A stretch of DNA of 64,000 bases from Candidatus Woesearchaeota archaeon. GTDB lineage: Archaea; Nanobdellota; Nanobdellia; Woesearchaeales; JAGVYF01. The translations under genes were made by a program, and so were the position numbers. Within the stretch, counting starts at the first letter, position 1. Each line of letters opens with the position of its first letter. The notes below the pieces were generated by a model. It was given only the letters and a program-made list of their open reading frames with translations, ran no database searches and was not told the DNA's origin. Of this stretch, positions 20,733-30,204 are shown piece after piece. The stretch is taken from NCBI GenBank assembly GCA_018303425.1, contig JAGVYF010000003.1:5150-69149 (forward strand), read 5' to 3'.

Positions 20733-20950
20733 GTTTTCCCCGGGCTTTTATTAAAAGGCCGGTACCTAAAAATGTTAGTTCCATTTTATTCACGACTGAT
20801 AAGCTTTATGCTCACCTTATTTTGATCAAGCTTTTTTAAAAGGTTATATTAATCCACTAATAATAACAAATTAAAATGAAATTTATAAACTTAACTAAAT
20901 ATAGCTTGTAATAGTTACATTTATAAAGCAATTTTCATACCTTTCTTAAT

Positions 20951-21481
20951 ATGAGTAAAAAAGAAATTATTAAAGCAACTTTCATGAATGAAAGAGTATT
21001 AACTGAAAATACGGATTTAGCAAGAGAACTCTATAATCAAGGCTCATATGGTTCAATTGTTGACAATAAAGTACAACTTTCATTGGTTGAAGCTCTTTAT
21101 CTTATGGAAAAAAAAAGAGTTGAAGTTATGAATGGTAGGAACAAAGAATTTGATGTTGCAAAGTTCATTAAAAGATCGCAAAAAATTGAAAAAACTTTTT
21201 GGATAAGATACTGCGTTTATAAGGACATGAGAGACAGAGGATATGTGATTAAACCAGCTTTAAAATTTGGAGCAGATTTCGCTGTCTACGATAGAGGCAT
21301 TAAACCTGGAGAAGACCATGCAAAATGGATTGTTTACCCTGTGCATGAAGGAACTTCATTAACATGGTACGAGTTTGCTGCAAAAAACAGGGTTGCACAT
21401 TCTACTAAAAAAAGACTTTTGATTGGTATTGTGGGCGACAGAGACGTTACTTATTATGAAATTAGGTGGGTCAGGCCTTAG
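20951..21481 (+). CDS. endA: tRNA-splicing endonuclease
   Basis: 176 aa. C-terminal catalytic domain with KFGADFAVYDRG and AHSTKKRLLIGIV (Tyr/His/Lys triad context). Confidence 0.7.
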   Translation: MSKKEIIKATFMNERVLTENTDLARELYNQGSYGSIVDNKVQLSLVEALYLMEKKRVEVMNGRNKEFDVAKFIKRSQKIEKTFWIRYCVYKDMRDRGYVIKPALKFGADFAVYDRGIKPGEDHAKWIVYPVHEGTSLTWYEFAAKNRVAHSTKKRLLIGIVGDRDVTYYEIRWVRP

Positions 21482-21687
21482 AAATTCTATTTATTTAATT
21501 TAATTTTAATATTGATCATATAAACCATTTGTTTCATTAAAATATATAAATTTACATTATCATAACTTTGGATTTAATTCTGAAAATTAATTACTTTATA
21601 AAGAAACAAATTAATGCCCGATTAAAATAAACCAAATTTAATCTTTACAGTTTCGAAATCCTTATATAACTATCAAACCTAATTCTC

Positions 21688-22686
21688 ATGATGATTACAC
21701 AAGAACAAATTCTCGATTTTGTACGACTTAAAGGACCTGTTTTACCAATACATATTGCGCGAGAAACAAAACTTAGCATGCTTTTTGCAGGCGCATATTT
21801 AGCTGAGCTTACTTCAAGCAAAAAAGTCCTAATCTCTAAACTGGTAGTTGGTACGTCACCTCTTTATTATGTGGCTGGACAAGAAGCAAAATTACAAAAT
21901 TATTCTAAATATTTAGAAAATAAGGAACAGGAAGCGTTAAATCTTTTAAGAGAAACTCAGATTTTGAAAGACAAACTGCTTGAACCGGTTGTCAGAGTAG
22001 CTTTAAGAAATATCCCTGATTTCGCTATACCGGTGAAAGTAAATCTAAAAACCGATTCAGAGCTTTTCTGGAAATGGTACCTTATACCAAACAATGATGC
22101 AGAAATAATGATAAGAGATTTTATTAACCAAAAAATGGAGGAAGAAAAAACCATAAACGCCGGGCTTTTGCAGCAGATACCTGAACCGAAACAAGAAATC
22201 ATTGAAAAAAAATCTGAAATTCAACAAAAAAAAATAGAATTAATACAAGAACCAAACCCCGTTGAAAAGTCACAAAAAATAATTAAGAAAAAACAGTTAA
22301 AGACTAAAAAAGTTGTGCAAAAAGAATTAATTGAAAGAGCAACTAAGCCAATTCAAGACAATATAGATGTTAATGACCCATTATTTGATAAGGTAAAAAT
22401 AAGTTTTGATGAAAAAAGCATTATCATCAATAGTTGTGAAATTATAACTGCAGGAAAAGAACTTCAACTTGTTATAATAATTCCCACCATGATTGGAAAT
22501 TTGCCCTATTTTTGTAAAGTCAAAAGAAAGGTTAGAAGTACTGAAAACGATTTATTTGAAACAATGCTTGCTGCGCAAAAAAAAGGTTTACCTGGACTGT
22601 TTGTTTCAACCGGCACAATTAACAAAAAAGGTAAAGACCTCTTAAATTCTCAATCAGCCACTATTCAATTTTTAAGCATAAAATAA
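21688..22686 (+). CDS. Hypothetical DNA-binding protein with N-terminal winged helix, Lys/Glu-rich linker and a C-terminal restriction-endonuclease-like region
   Basis: The N-terminal 60 aa are wHTH-like. The middle is low-complexity KKEIQQKK. The C-terminus reads SCEIITAGKELQLVIIIPT...FCKVKRK. Confidence 0.3.
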   Translation: MMITQEQILDFVRLKGPVLPIHIARETKLSMLFAGAYLAELTSSKKVLISKLVVGTSPLYYVAGQEAKLQNYSKYLENKEQEALNLLRETQILKDKLLEPVVRVALRNIPDFAIPVKVNLKTDSELFWKWYLIPNNDAEIMIRDFINQKMEEEKTINAGLLQQIPEPKQEIIEKKSEIQQKKIELIQEPNPVEKSQKIIKKKQLKTKKVVQKELIERATKPIQDNIDVNDPLFDKVKISFDEKSIIINSCEIITAGKELQLVIIIPTMIGNLPYFCKVKRKVRSTENDLFETMLAAQKKGLPGLFVSTGTINKKGKDLLNSQSATIQFLSIK

Positions 22687-22711
22687 TTATCCTTTCATAT
22701 TAATATTAAAA

Positions 22712-23734
22712 ATGGGCACAAAAATATTTGAACTAATATCTAAGAAAGACATTGAAATAAGCGAACTAAATAATAAGATCATTGTTGTTGACGCTTCGCT
22801 GTACCTCTACCAATTTCTTGCAACAATTAGGCAGGCAGATGGTTCATTATTGACAGATTCTAAAGGACAAGTAACAAGCCACCTGGTCGGATTATTTGCA
22901 AGAACTACAAGCTTAATGGAACAAGGTTTAAAATTAGCATTTTGTTTTGATGGTAAACCCCCTGCGCTAAAATCACGAGAACGTGAAAGAAGAAAAGATA
23001 TCAAGATTAAAGCGCAAACCGAATATGAAGTTGCAAAAAAACGTGAGGATATTGAACTTATGAAAAAATATGCCGCCAGAACTTCTAAAATAACTCCTGA
23101 AATGATGCAAGAATCTAAAGATTTACTTACCGCCCTCGGCTTACCGGTAATACAGTCCCCTTCTGAAGGAGAAGCCCAAGCAGCATATATGGTCAAAAAT
23201 AAAGATGCTTATGCTGTAAGCACAAATGACGCAGATTCATTGTTATTCGGCGCACCAAAACTCATTAAAAATTTATCTATAAGTCAAAAGAAAAAAATAC
23301 ATGGTAAGTCTGCCTATTCGTCAGCAAAACCCCAGCTTATTGAACTAGAATCAGTACTCAAAGAACTAAGTATTAACCAGGATCAGCTAATTACGCTTGC
23401 AATACTAGTGGGAACAGATTATAACTATGGCGGAATTAAAGGCATAGGCCACAAAACTGCTTTAAAACTTGTTAAAGAATATAAATCTGATTTTAAAACA
23501 TTATTTGAAAAAATAGAATGGGATAAATTCTACAATTTTAGCTGGAAAGAAATATTTGACACAATTAAAAATATGCCTGTGGAAAAAAAATATGAACTTA
23601 AATGGGATTTGCCAAACATTAAAAAAATTAAAGAAATTTTATGCGAAAGACATGATTTTGCTGAAGCCAATATTGACAATAAGCTTGCAAAAATCAAGAG
23701 TAAGTCTCAACAAGGATTAAATAAATTCTTTTAA
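22712..23734 (+). CDS. fen: Flap endonuclease 1
   Basis: IVVDASLYLYQFL, FCFDGKPP and GTDYNYGGIKGIG (H3TH motif). Confidence 0.9.
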   Translation: MGTKIFELISKKDIEISELNNKIIVVDASLYLYQFLATIRQADGSLLTDSKGQVTSHLVGLFARTTSLMEQGLKLAFCFDGKPPALKSRERERRKDIKIKAQTEYEVAKKREDIELMKKYAARTSKITPEMMQESKDLLTALGLPVIQSPSEGEAQAAYMVKNKDAYAVSTNDADSLLFGAPKLIKNLSISQKKKIHGKSAYSSAKPQLIELESVLKELSINQDQLITLAILVGTDYNYGGIKGIGHKTALKLVKEYKSDFKTLFEKIEWDKFYNFSWKEIFDTIKNMPVEKKYELKWDLPNIKKIKEILCERHDFAEANIDNKLAKIKSKSQQGLNKFF

Positions 23735-23773
23735 CCACAAACTTATTAAACCAATTTAATTATTCTAAAAGAA

Positions 23774-24823
23774 ATGATAGTATTAGAAGTTCCACTTAAA
23801 ACAACTGAAAAAGTAAAAAAAACATTAATCGCAAAAGAATTGATTGACCATAATTATAAACCGCTTAAAGATAATAATTTCTTTTATTTCCCGCTTAAAA
23901 AAGCAGTTAAAATTCCCAACACCAGATTGATTGACAAAAAACTAGAACCCTTCCAAAAAAAAGAAACTAGCCTTAAAGAAAGATTAAAATATTATCTTAC
24001 TAAAGAAGAATTAAAACTATTAAAAACCAGTTATGATATTATTGGCTCTATTGCAGTTATTGAAATACCCCCTGAGCTTGAACCAAAAGAAACTATCATT
24101 GCCGAAGAACTGTTAAAACTTAATCCGAGCCTTAAAACCGTTGTCAAAAAAAAGAATATCCATCACGGCACTTTCAGAACTCAACAAACCGGGCATCTCG
24201 CAGGTAAAAAAAATAAAACTTCGATATATAAAGAAAATGGCATAAAATTAAAAGTTAACCTTGACAAAACTTATTTTTCAATACGCCTGGGAACAGAAAG
24301 AAAACGTATTGCTAAACAAGTGAAGGTTGGAGAAAATATTTTAGTAATGTTTTCAGGCGTAGCTCCATATCCTTGTATATTAGCAAAAACTACAAAAGCA
24401 AATTCAATAGTCGGTATAGAAATAAACCCGTATGCCCACAAACTGGGGCAAGAAAATATAAAACTGAACAAAATAACAAATGTAACCCTAATCAATGATA
24501 ATGTAAAAAAAGCCGTGCCCAGACTGAAACTAATCTTTGACAGAATCTTAATGCCCCTTCCAAAAACTGCCGATGAATTCTTAAGCACTGCATTACAAGC
24601 ATCAAAACAAGGCACAATTATACATTTCTACGATTTTCTGAATGAAAACAAATTCAAAGAAGCATGTGCCAAAATCAAAGATACTTGTAAAAAAGCAAAC
24701 TTAAACTGCAAAATTCTTAAAACTGTCAAATGCGGACAGCATGCGCCAAAAGTTTATAGGATTTGTGTAGATTTTAAAATAGTCAATCGAAACCCGACAC
24801 CGCCAGTTACCGCTTCGTTATAG
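23774..24823 (+). CDS. trm5: tRNA (guanine37-N1)-methyltransferase Trm5 / Tyw2 family
   Basis: Met-10+ like core with VMFSGVAPY and IVGIEINPYA. The last ~10 codons lie within repeat R1. Confidence 0.55.
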   Translation: MIVLEVPLKTTEKVKKTLIAKELIDHNYKPLKDNNFFYFPLKKAVKIPNTRLIDKKLEPFQKKETSLKERLKYYLTKEELKLLKTSYDIIGSIAVIEIPPELEPKETIIAEELLKLNPSLKTVVKKKNIHHGTFRTQQTGHLAGKKNKTSIYKENGIKLKVNLDKTYFSIRLGTERKRIAKQVKVGENILVMFSGVAPYPCILAKTTKANSIVGIEINPYAHKLGQENIKLNKITNVTLINDNVKKAVPRLKLIFDRILMPLPKTADEFLSTALQASKQGTIIHFYDFLNENKFKEACAKIKDTCKKANLNCKILKTVKCGQHAPKVYRICVDFKIVNRNPTPPVTASL

Positions 24824-24943
24824 ACTAATAACATACTCATCTTATTTTGTCGGGTTTCTCATACCCTCATTTTCCACTCACTAAATAATTAAAAGATAAA
24901 CCACCTGTGAAACACACTCGTAGAAAATGAGATTTTAAAATAT
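24790..24943. repeat. Repeat family B copy R1 (~155 bp), in inverted orientation relative to R2 at 27457..27592
   Basis: Shared blocks AAACCCGACACCGCCAGTYACCGCTT, CATTTTCCAC, TAAATAATTAAAAGATAAAC and AAAATGAGATTTTAAA. Internal hairpin GAAACCCGACA...TGTCGGGTTTC. Confidence 0.5.
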
Positions 24944-24948
24944 CTATT

Positions 24949-25521
24949 TTATACCCTTATAACCTTATATCCGATACACACATAAAAAACTTCTTTACTT
25001 TTCTTTTTAGATCCTTCGGGCTTAGAGGTTTTGACAAGTTTAAATTCTTTTCGTAACTCGCGCAAAAAATCATCTCCTTCTTTACTTTGAAAAATTTTAC
25101 ATAAGAAATTGCCATTACCTCTTAATACATGAGTAGCAATAAACCATGCGCGTTCACAAAGCACTAAACTACTTTCTTGATCAACAAAAGTTTGTCCCGT
25201 AGTTTTAGGCGCCATATCAGAAATTATAACATCAAACTTAGACTTATACTTTTGAATCTCCTTAACAATATCTTCATCCATCACGTTTTTTTTAAGAAAA
25301 TATGCGCCTTTAACATCTTCAACATCAGAAATATCGACTCCAAGCACATATCTGCAAAACCTTGACAAATACTGCATCCATGAACCTGGTGAAGCCCCTA
25401 AATCTAGAACACTATCAGTAGGTTTAACAAATTGATATTTTTTAACAATATCTTTCAATTTAAATACAGACCTTGCCCTGTATCCTTGAGCTTTCGCCCG
25501 TTTGGTAAAATGATCTTGCAT
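24949..25521 (-). CDS. rlmE: 23S rRNA (uridine-2'-O-)-methyltransferase RlmE/FtsJ
   Basis: RSVFKLKDIVKKY and LDLGASPGSWMQY. The start is trimmed to MQDHF (ATG 25521). Confidence 0.7.
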   Translation of the reverse strand: MQDHFTKRAKAQGYRARSVFKLKDIVKKYQFVKPTDSVLDLGASPGSWMQYLSRFCRYVLGVDISDVEDVKGAYFLKKNVMDEDIVKEIQKYKSKFDVIISDMAPKTTGQTFVDQESSLVLCERAWFIATHVLRGNGNFLCKIFQSKEGDDFLRELRKEFKLVKTSKPEGSKKKSKEVFYVCIGYKVIRV

Positions 25522-25576
25522 AATATAGATAAAATCACATGAATCTATAAAAGGTTTTCTAGTAATAAAACAAAAT

Positions 25577-26143
25577 ATGGCCAAAATATCATACCTCAAA
25601 TTAATTATGGTTTTACTAACCCTATTTTTCATATGGAAAGGCATCAAAGAATTTTATAGTCAAAATCCTGAACTATTATTTGACAACTTCCTAACAATAG
25701 CCTTACTTTTGATATTGCTGTTTCAATACAGCAAATGGAAATTTAACAAATTGTCAGTAATAATTGCATTATCAGCATTAGGACTGCATCACGCTAAATT
25801 GTATGGCACATTTTTTTATTCAATTCCATTTGACAGGATAATGCATTTTGTAGGGACGTTTGCATTGGCTTTAATCATTTATCAGATGATAAAACCTTCA
25901 CAAAAAAATGTATTTACTACTGCACTTATCACAATTTTAATTACAATGGGCCTGGGCACGATAATTGAACATCAAGAATTTATAGGATATTCAATCATTG
26001 GAGAAGGTGAAGGTATTCTGGGCTATGGCGCAGGCGACTGGGGAGAATGGAACAATATTTCTTGGGATTTAATATATAATACTTTGGGCGCGATTGTTGC
26101 AGCACTATTATCTCTGCTAAGCTATAAAAATATTGAAAAATAA
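25577..26143 (+). CDS. Hypothetical polytopic membrane protein
   Basis: 188 aa with 5-6 TM helices. Confidence 0.4.
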   Translation: MAKISYLKLIMVLLTLFFIWKGIKEFYSQNPELLFDNFLTIALLLILLFQYSKWKFNKLSVIIALSALGLHHAKLYGTFFYSIPFDRIMHFVGTFALALIIYQMIKPSQKNVFTTALITILITMGLGTIIEHQEFIGYSIIGEGEGILGYGAGDWGEWNNISWDLIYNTLGAIVAALLSLLSYKNIEK

Positions 26144-26152
26144 AAAATCTAA

Positions 26153-27286
26153 TTAACCTAGTACTTTCATAAAATCAGTTTCTTCTTCTTCACATTTAAC
26201 TTTGGTTACGGCGCTAAAAAAATCTTCTTTTCCAACTTTGCCCCGATTATCACGAATAGCGAAATATCCTGCTTCAGTACATACAGATTTAATCTCTGCG
26301 CCTGAAAATCCATTCATTAACATCGCAATTTCGGCAAGATCCACAGACTTATGTAATTTGATATTCTTTGCATGAATCTTTAATATTTCATATACCCCAG
26401 CATCATCTGGATTAGGAACCTCAATTAACCTGTCAAGTCTTCCTGGACGAAGAATTGCCGGATCAAGAATATCCATCCTATTGGTGCACCCTATAACTTT
26501 CACATTACCTAAATTTTTAAACCCGTCAAGTTCAGCTAAAAACTGCATAAATGTTCTTTGTACTTCTCTTTCCCCGGAGGTACCAAGCTCAACCCTCGTA
26601 GCAGCTAATGCATCAATTTCATCAATAAATATAATTGTTGGTGCTTTCTCTTTTGCTAACTGAAATATTTCTTTCACAAGCTTAGCTCCTTCACCAATAA
26701 ACTTTTGCACTAATTCAGAACCCACAATTTCAATAAATGTTGAATTTGTACTTGCAGCAACTGCTTTAGCAAGTAAAGTTTTCCCTGTTCCGGGAGGGCC
26801 ATAAAGTAATATTCCTTTAGGCGGCGTTATACCTATTTTCTTAAAAAGCTCAGGTTTTAACAACGGCAATTCAATAACTTCTTTAACTTCTCTTACTTCA
26901 TTATATAATCCCCCAACTTCATCCCACGAAGTTGTTGGTTTTTCCATAATAACAAATTTTTCTACATTAAACTTTTTATTATTGTCAAGCTTGCTTATAA
27001 CAGTTAAATTCTTTTGCTCAACTAAAACCGAATCACCAGATAAAAGTTTGGGGCAATCAGATGCAATATTGACATGAAACATATTGCCGTTAGGAATTTT
27101 AATAACTGCATTGCTGCCGTTAATCTCCCTAATTTCACAAACCATTAAAGGATTTTGTCTATATCTATCTAATTCATTTTTCAACTGAGAAACAGTTTCT
27201 CGTAAAATTCTGTTTTCTTGTTCTAACTGATTAGTTTCAGCAGTATATGTATACATGATTTTTGAAATTTCATCTTGAGTTGTCAT
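26153..27286 (-). CDS. pan: Proteasome-activating nucleotidase (AAA+ ATPase)
   Basis: N-terminal coiled coil and OB segment. A single AAA module with GPPGTGKTLLAKAVA, DEIDA and the second region of homology. Confidence 0.8.
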   Translation of the reverse strand: MTTQDEISKIMYTYTAETNQLEQENRILRETVSQLKNELDRYRQNPLMVCEIREINGSNAVIKIPNGNMFHVNIASDCPKLLSGDSVLVEQKNLTVISKLDNNKKFNVEKFVIMEKPTTSWDEVGGLYNEVREVKEVIELPLLKPELFKKIGITPPKGILLYGPPGTGKTLLAKAVAASTNSTFIEIVGSELVQKFIGEGAKLVKEIFQLAKEKAPTIIFIDEIDALAATRVELGTSGEREVQRTFMQFLAELDGFKNLGNVKVIGCTNRMDILDPAILRPGRLDRLIEVPNPDDAGVYEILKIHAKNIKLHKSVDLAEIAMLMNGFSGAEIKSVCTEAGYFAIRDNRGKVGKEDFFSAVTKVKCEEEETDFMKVLG

Positions 27287-27456
27287 ATTGCCAGCCTTGA
27301 TTTAGTATATTAAAAGAGATGTATTTTTAAATGTTTCTTATAATTCTTAAAATTTATTAAAATAATCTATAAATGATTATTTTCTGAATATATAACAAAT
27401 ATCCCATCATTAAGATAAAAACCAAATAATATTAATAAAAATTTATTTAAAATCTC

Positions 27457-27592
27457 ATTTTCCACCAGTGTCTTTCACTGAAAGTTTATCTTTTAATTAT
27501 TTAACTAATGGAAAATAGGGCCTTAGAAACCAGACAAAGCGAAACAAACATATTATCATAAATAAAGCGGTGACTGGCGGTGTCGGGTTTAG
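27457..27592. repeat. Repeat family B copy R2 (inverted relative to R1)
   Basis: See R1. Together the pair brackets the rlmE-membrane-pan segment. Confidence 0.5.
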
Positions 27593-27634
27593 ATTAACAA
27601 TTAAACATATGCCTTAATTAAAATAACATTGCAA

Positions 27635-29893
27635 TTACTTTTTCTTTTTCACAGGCTTATTTTTGGTTTTCTCAAGTCCTTCTTTCTTATCTACAGTTGA
27701 AAGACGTTCCGTATATTTACATTGAGGATATTTACTGCATCCTAAAAATTGCCCATAAATGCTTGACCTTAAAACCAGCTCACCAACACATTTAGGACAT
27801 TTCTTTTTAAAGGCTCCTGACAAAATATTTTTAGCTTCTTGACTTGCTTCGACAGATAATTTTTTAGTTGGGCAATCGGGATTAATGCAAGCCTCCCTTG
27901 GCCTTTTGCCTTTATTAATTACTAGGATTAAAGGATAATTGCATTCTTTACACTTTTTATCCGTAGGTTGTACTAGCCCAAAACTTGGAACTGAAAAGGT
28001 AACCTTGCATTCCGGATATTTTGAACACGCAATAAACTGCCCATATTTGCCTCTTTTCATCTGAAGCTCCCCTTTACACGACGGACATTCTCCAACAAAT
28101 GCAGCCTGCTGCATACTTTCACGGTTAGCAGAAAGCAATTCTTTTCCAATATTATTTTTATTTTTATTAAATTGTTCAAATATTTTTAGTAAAACTTTTT
28201 TAGCTTGGTCAAGTATCTTTTTTTGATTGCTTTTTTTTTCACGTATTTTTTCCATATCAGTTTCAAAGTCTCTAGTTAATTCTTCATCAACAATTGTAGG
28301 ACAGTATTTGGAAAGTGTATCAACCATCCTTATACCAAGTAAAGTTGCTTCTAAAGATTTACCCACCACATAACCTCTTTGTACAAGCGTATCAATTATA
28401 CTGGCCCTAGTAGATTTAGTGCCCAGATTCCTTTTCTCCAGTTCTTTTATTATAGAACTCTCAGTATAACGTTTAGGTGGCAAAGTTTCTTTGTCCAGTT
28501 TTTCAATCTTTTTAACTTGAACCTTATCACCCTCATGCAATTTAGGCAACTCTTCTTCTTTAAATATTGCAAATCTTCCATATAACACATGCCAGCCTTT
28601 TTCCAGAGTTGTTGTGCCTTTTGCTATAAACATTTCTTTATTACAGTCAATTGTAAATTTCAATGTTTCCCTTAATGCAGCTTCACCAAACACCGCTAAA
28701 AATCTCCTTACGATCAAATCATATAAATTTTGATTTGGACCGGTTATGGCTTTAGGAACAATACCCGTTGGAAAAATGGCCGGATGCGCGGCATCATTCT
28801 TAGGGCCTTCATTCGGTTTTAAAGTTTTTAAACTTAATAACATTTTAATCTCTTTTGAATAACCAGATTGTTTAGATAAATCTGATAATATTTTTTTATA
28901 ACCAATTGCAACTGGCAATTTCTGAGATGATGTTCTAGGATATGAAATATACCCCGAAATATACAAATTTTGAGCAACTGACAATGTTTGTTTAGGGCTT
29001 ATATGTAACAACCTATAAGCTTCAACTTGTAACGAAGTTAAATCGAACGGGAAGGGGGGATTTTGATTAAACTTTTTAGATTCAACTTTAGAAACTATTG
29101 CGGTTTTAATACCCTTAACTTTCTTCATAACGTTATCTGCTTCTTTCTCGTCCCAAAATATATCTTTTTCATGTAATGCAGTAAGATCTTTTTGCGCATG
29201 GCCTAATAAGGAAATTTCCCAATATGGCTCAGACTTAAACGATTGGATCTGTTTTTCTTTATCAACAATTAATTTTAATGCCGGACCTTGAACACGCCCA
29301 GTTGACATTACTTTGAAAGCGCCTGCTGATTTAATAGAATCAGTTAATGCTCTGCTAAGGTTTATACCGAAAAACCAATCTAACATATGCCTAGTTTCAC
29401 CTGCTTCAGCTTGTGGCCAATCGATATGCGGTGAAGCGGTTTCATAAGCCTTAACAAGATCCGGTTTAGTCTGTGTAGAAAATTTCATACGTTTCGCATC
29501 TTCTTGACCGGCAGCATATCTTACAACATTCAAACCTATAACTTCCCCTTCAACATCATAATCGCATGCAACAATAAATGTTTTAGCCTTTTTTGAAAGT
29601 TTTTTTATAATATTAATGAACTTATTAGTATTAGATAAAGATTTGTCAATCTCAGAGGTCGGTACCCATTCAATATCAAATATTGGGTATGTCCACTTCT
29701 TCTTTTGATCTTTTTGGGCTAAACCATATAAATGGCCAATTGCAGAAACAACAACAATATCTGTTTTACCGCGCGTAACTTCATAATAAGAAACCCCTTT
29801 ATCATTTCGTAATATTGGCTTACCGTCTGCCAGAGCATTAGCCATATTTTTTGCAGCAGAAGGTTTTTCACAAATAATTAATTCATATGACAT
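27635..29893 (-). CDS. topA: DNA topoisomerase, type IA (Topo I/III) with C-terminal zinc ribbons
   Basis: TOPRIM start MSYELIICEKPSAAKN. Active-site region GYISYPRTSSQ. Three C4 zinc-ribbon motifs in the C-terminal 200 aa. Confidence 0.85.
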   Translation of the reverse strand: MSYELIICEKPSAAKNMANALADGKPILRNDKGVSYYEVTRGKTDIVVVSAIGHLYGLAQKDQKKKWTYPIFDIEWVPTSEIDKSLSNTNKFINIIKKLSKKAKTFIVACDYDVEGEVIGLNVVRYAAGQEDAKRMKFSTQTKPDLVKAYETASPHIDWPQAEAGETRHMLDWFFGINLSRALTDSIKSAGAFKVMSTGRVQGPALKLIVDKEKQIQSFKSEPYWEISLLGHAQKDLTALHEKDIFWDEKEADNVMKKVKGIKTAIVSKVESKKFNQNPPFPFDLTSLQVEAYRLLHISPKQTLSVAQNLYISGYISYPRTSSQKLPVAIGYKKILSDLSKQSGYSKEIKMLLSLKTLKPNEGPKNDAAHPAIFPTGIVPKAITGPNQNLYDLIVRRFLAVFGEAALRETLKFTIDCNKEMFIAKGTTTLEKGWHVLYGRFAIFKEEELPKLHEGDKVQVKKIEKLDKETLPPKRYTESSIIKELEKRNLGTKSTRASIIDTLVQRGYVVGKSLEATLLGIRMVDTLSKYCPTIVDEELTRDFETDMEKIREKKSNQKKILDQAKKVLLKIFEQFNKNKNNIGKELLSANRESMQQAAFVGECPSCKGELQMKRGKYGQFIACSKYPECKVTFSVPSFGLVQPTDKKCKECNYPLILVINKGKRPREACINPDCPTKKLSVEASQEAKNILSGAFKKKCPKCVGELVLRSSIYGQFLGCSKYPQCKYTERLSTVDKKEGLEKTKNKPVKKKK

Positions 29894-30006
29894 AAAATTA
29901 GTAAAGAAAGAAGCCTTTTAAAAAGGTTTCGTATAAATAACGTCCTTGTTTAATCAAGAAATAAAGTAACATTTTTTGTAGTATTTAAAAGACTAAACAC
30001 TGCATA

Positions 30007-30134
30007 CATATAATGGGCGCTGTCCAGAGTCATTCAGATTTAGCTATAACTGCAAAAACGTTCTTGGCTACTTTATGTTTCAAATTATATACTAATATAC
30101 AGACAATGAACTTTCTGGACAGCGCCATATAATG
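30007..30134. repeat. Palindromic IR element (family C): ATATAATGGGCGCTGTCCAGA ... TCTGGACAGCGCCATATAAT flanking an ~85-bp AT-rich loop
   Basis: 13-bp perfect core IR. A half copy lies at 53704..53744. Both sit just upstream of plus-strand gene promoters. Confidence 0.5.
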
Positions 30135-30204
30135 ACAAATTATATAAACATAATAAGCGATTAACTCAATTGATATACCAATATTATAAGAGAGGAAATT
30201 TTCA

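Noticed and set aside
26153-27286. Alternative call of the AAA ATPase as Cdc48/VCP or Vps4
   Set aside because: It has a single AAA module with an N-terminal coiled coil and an OB-like segment, about 380 aa. This is the PAN architecture. Cdc48 has two AAA modules and Vps4 has an MIT domain.
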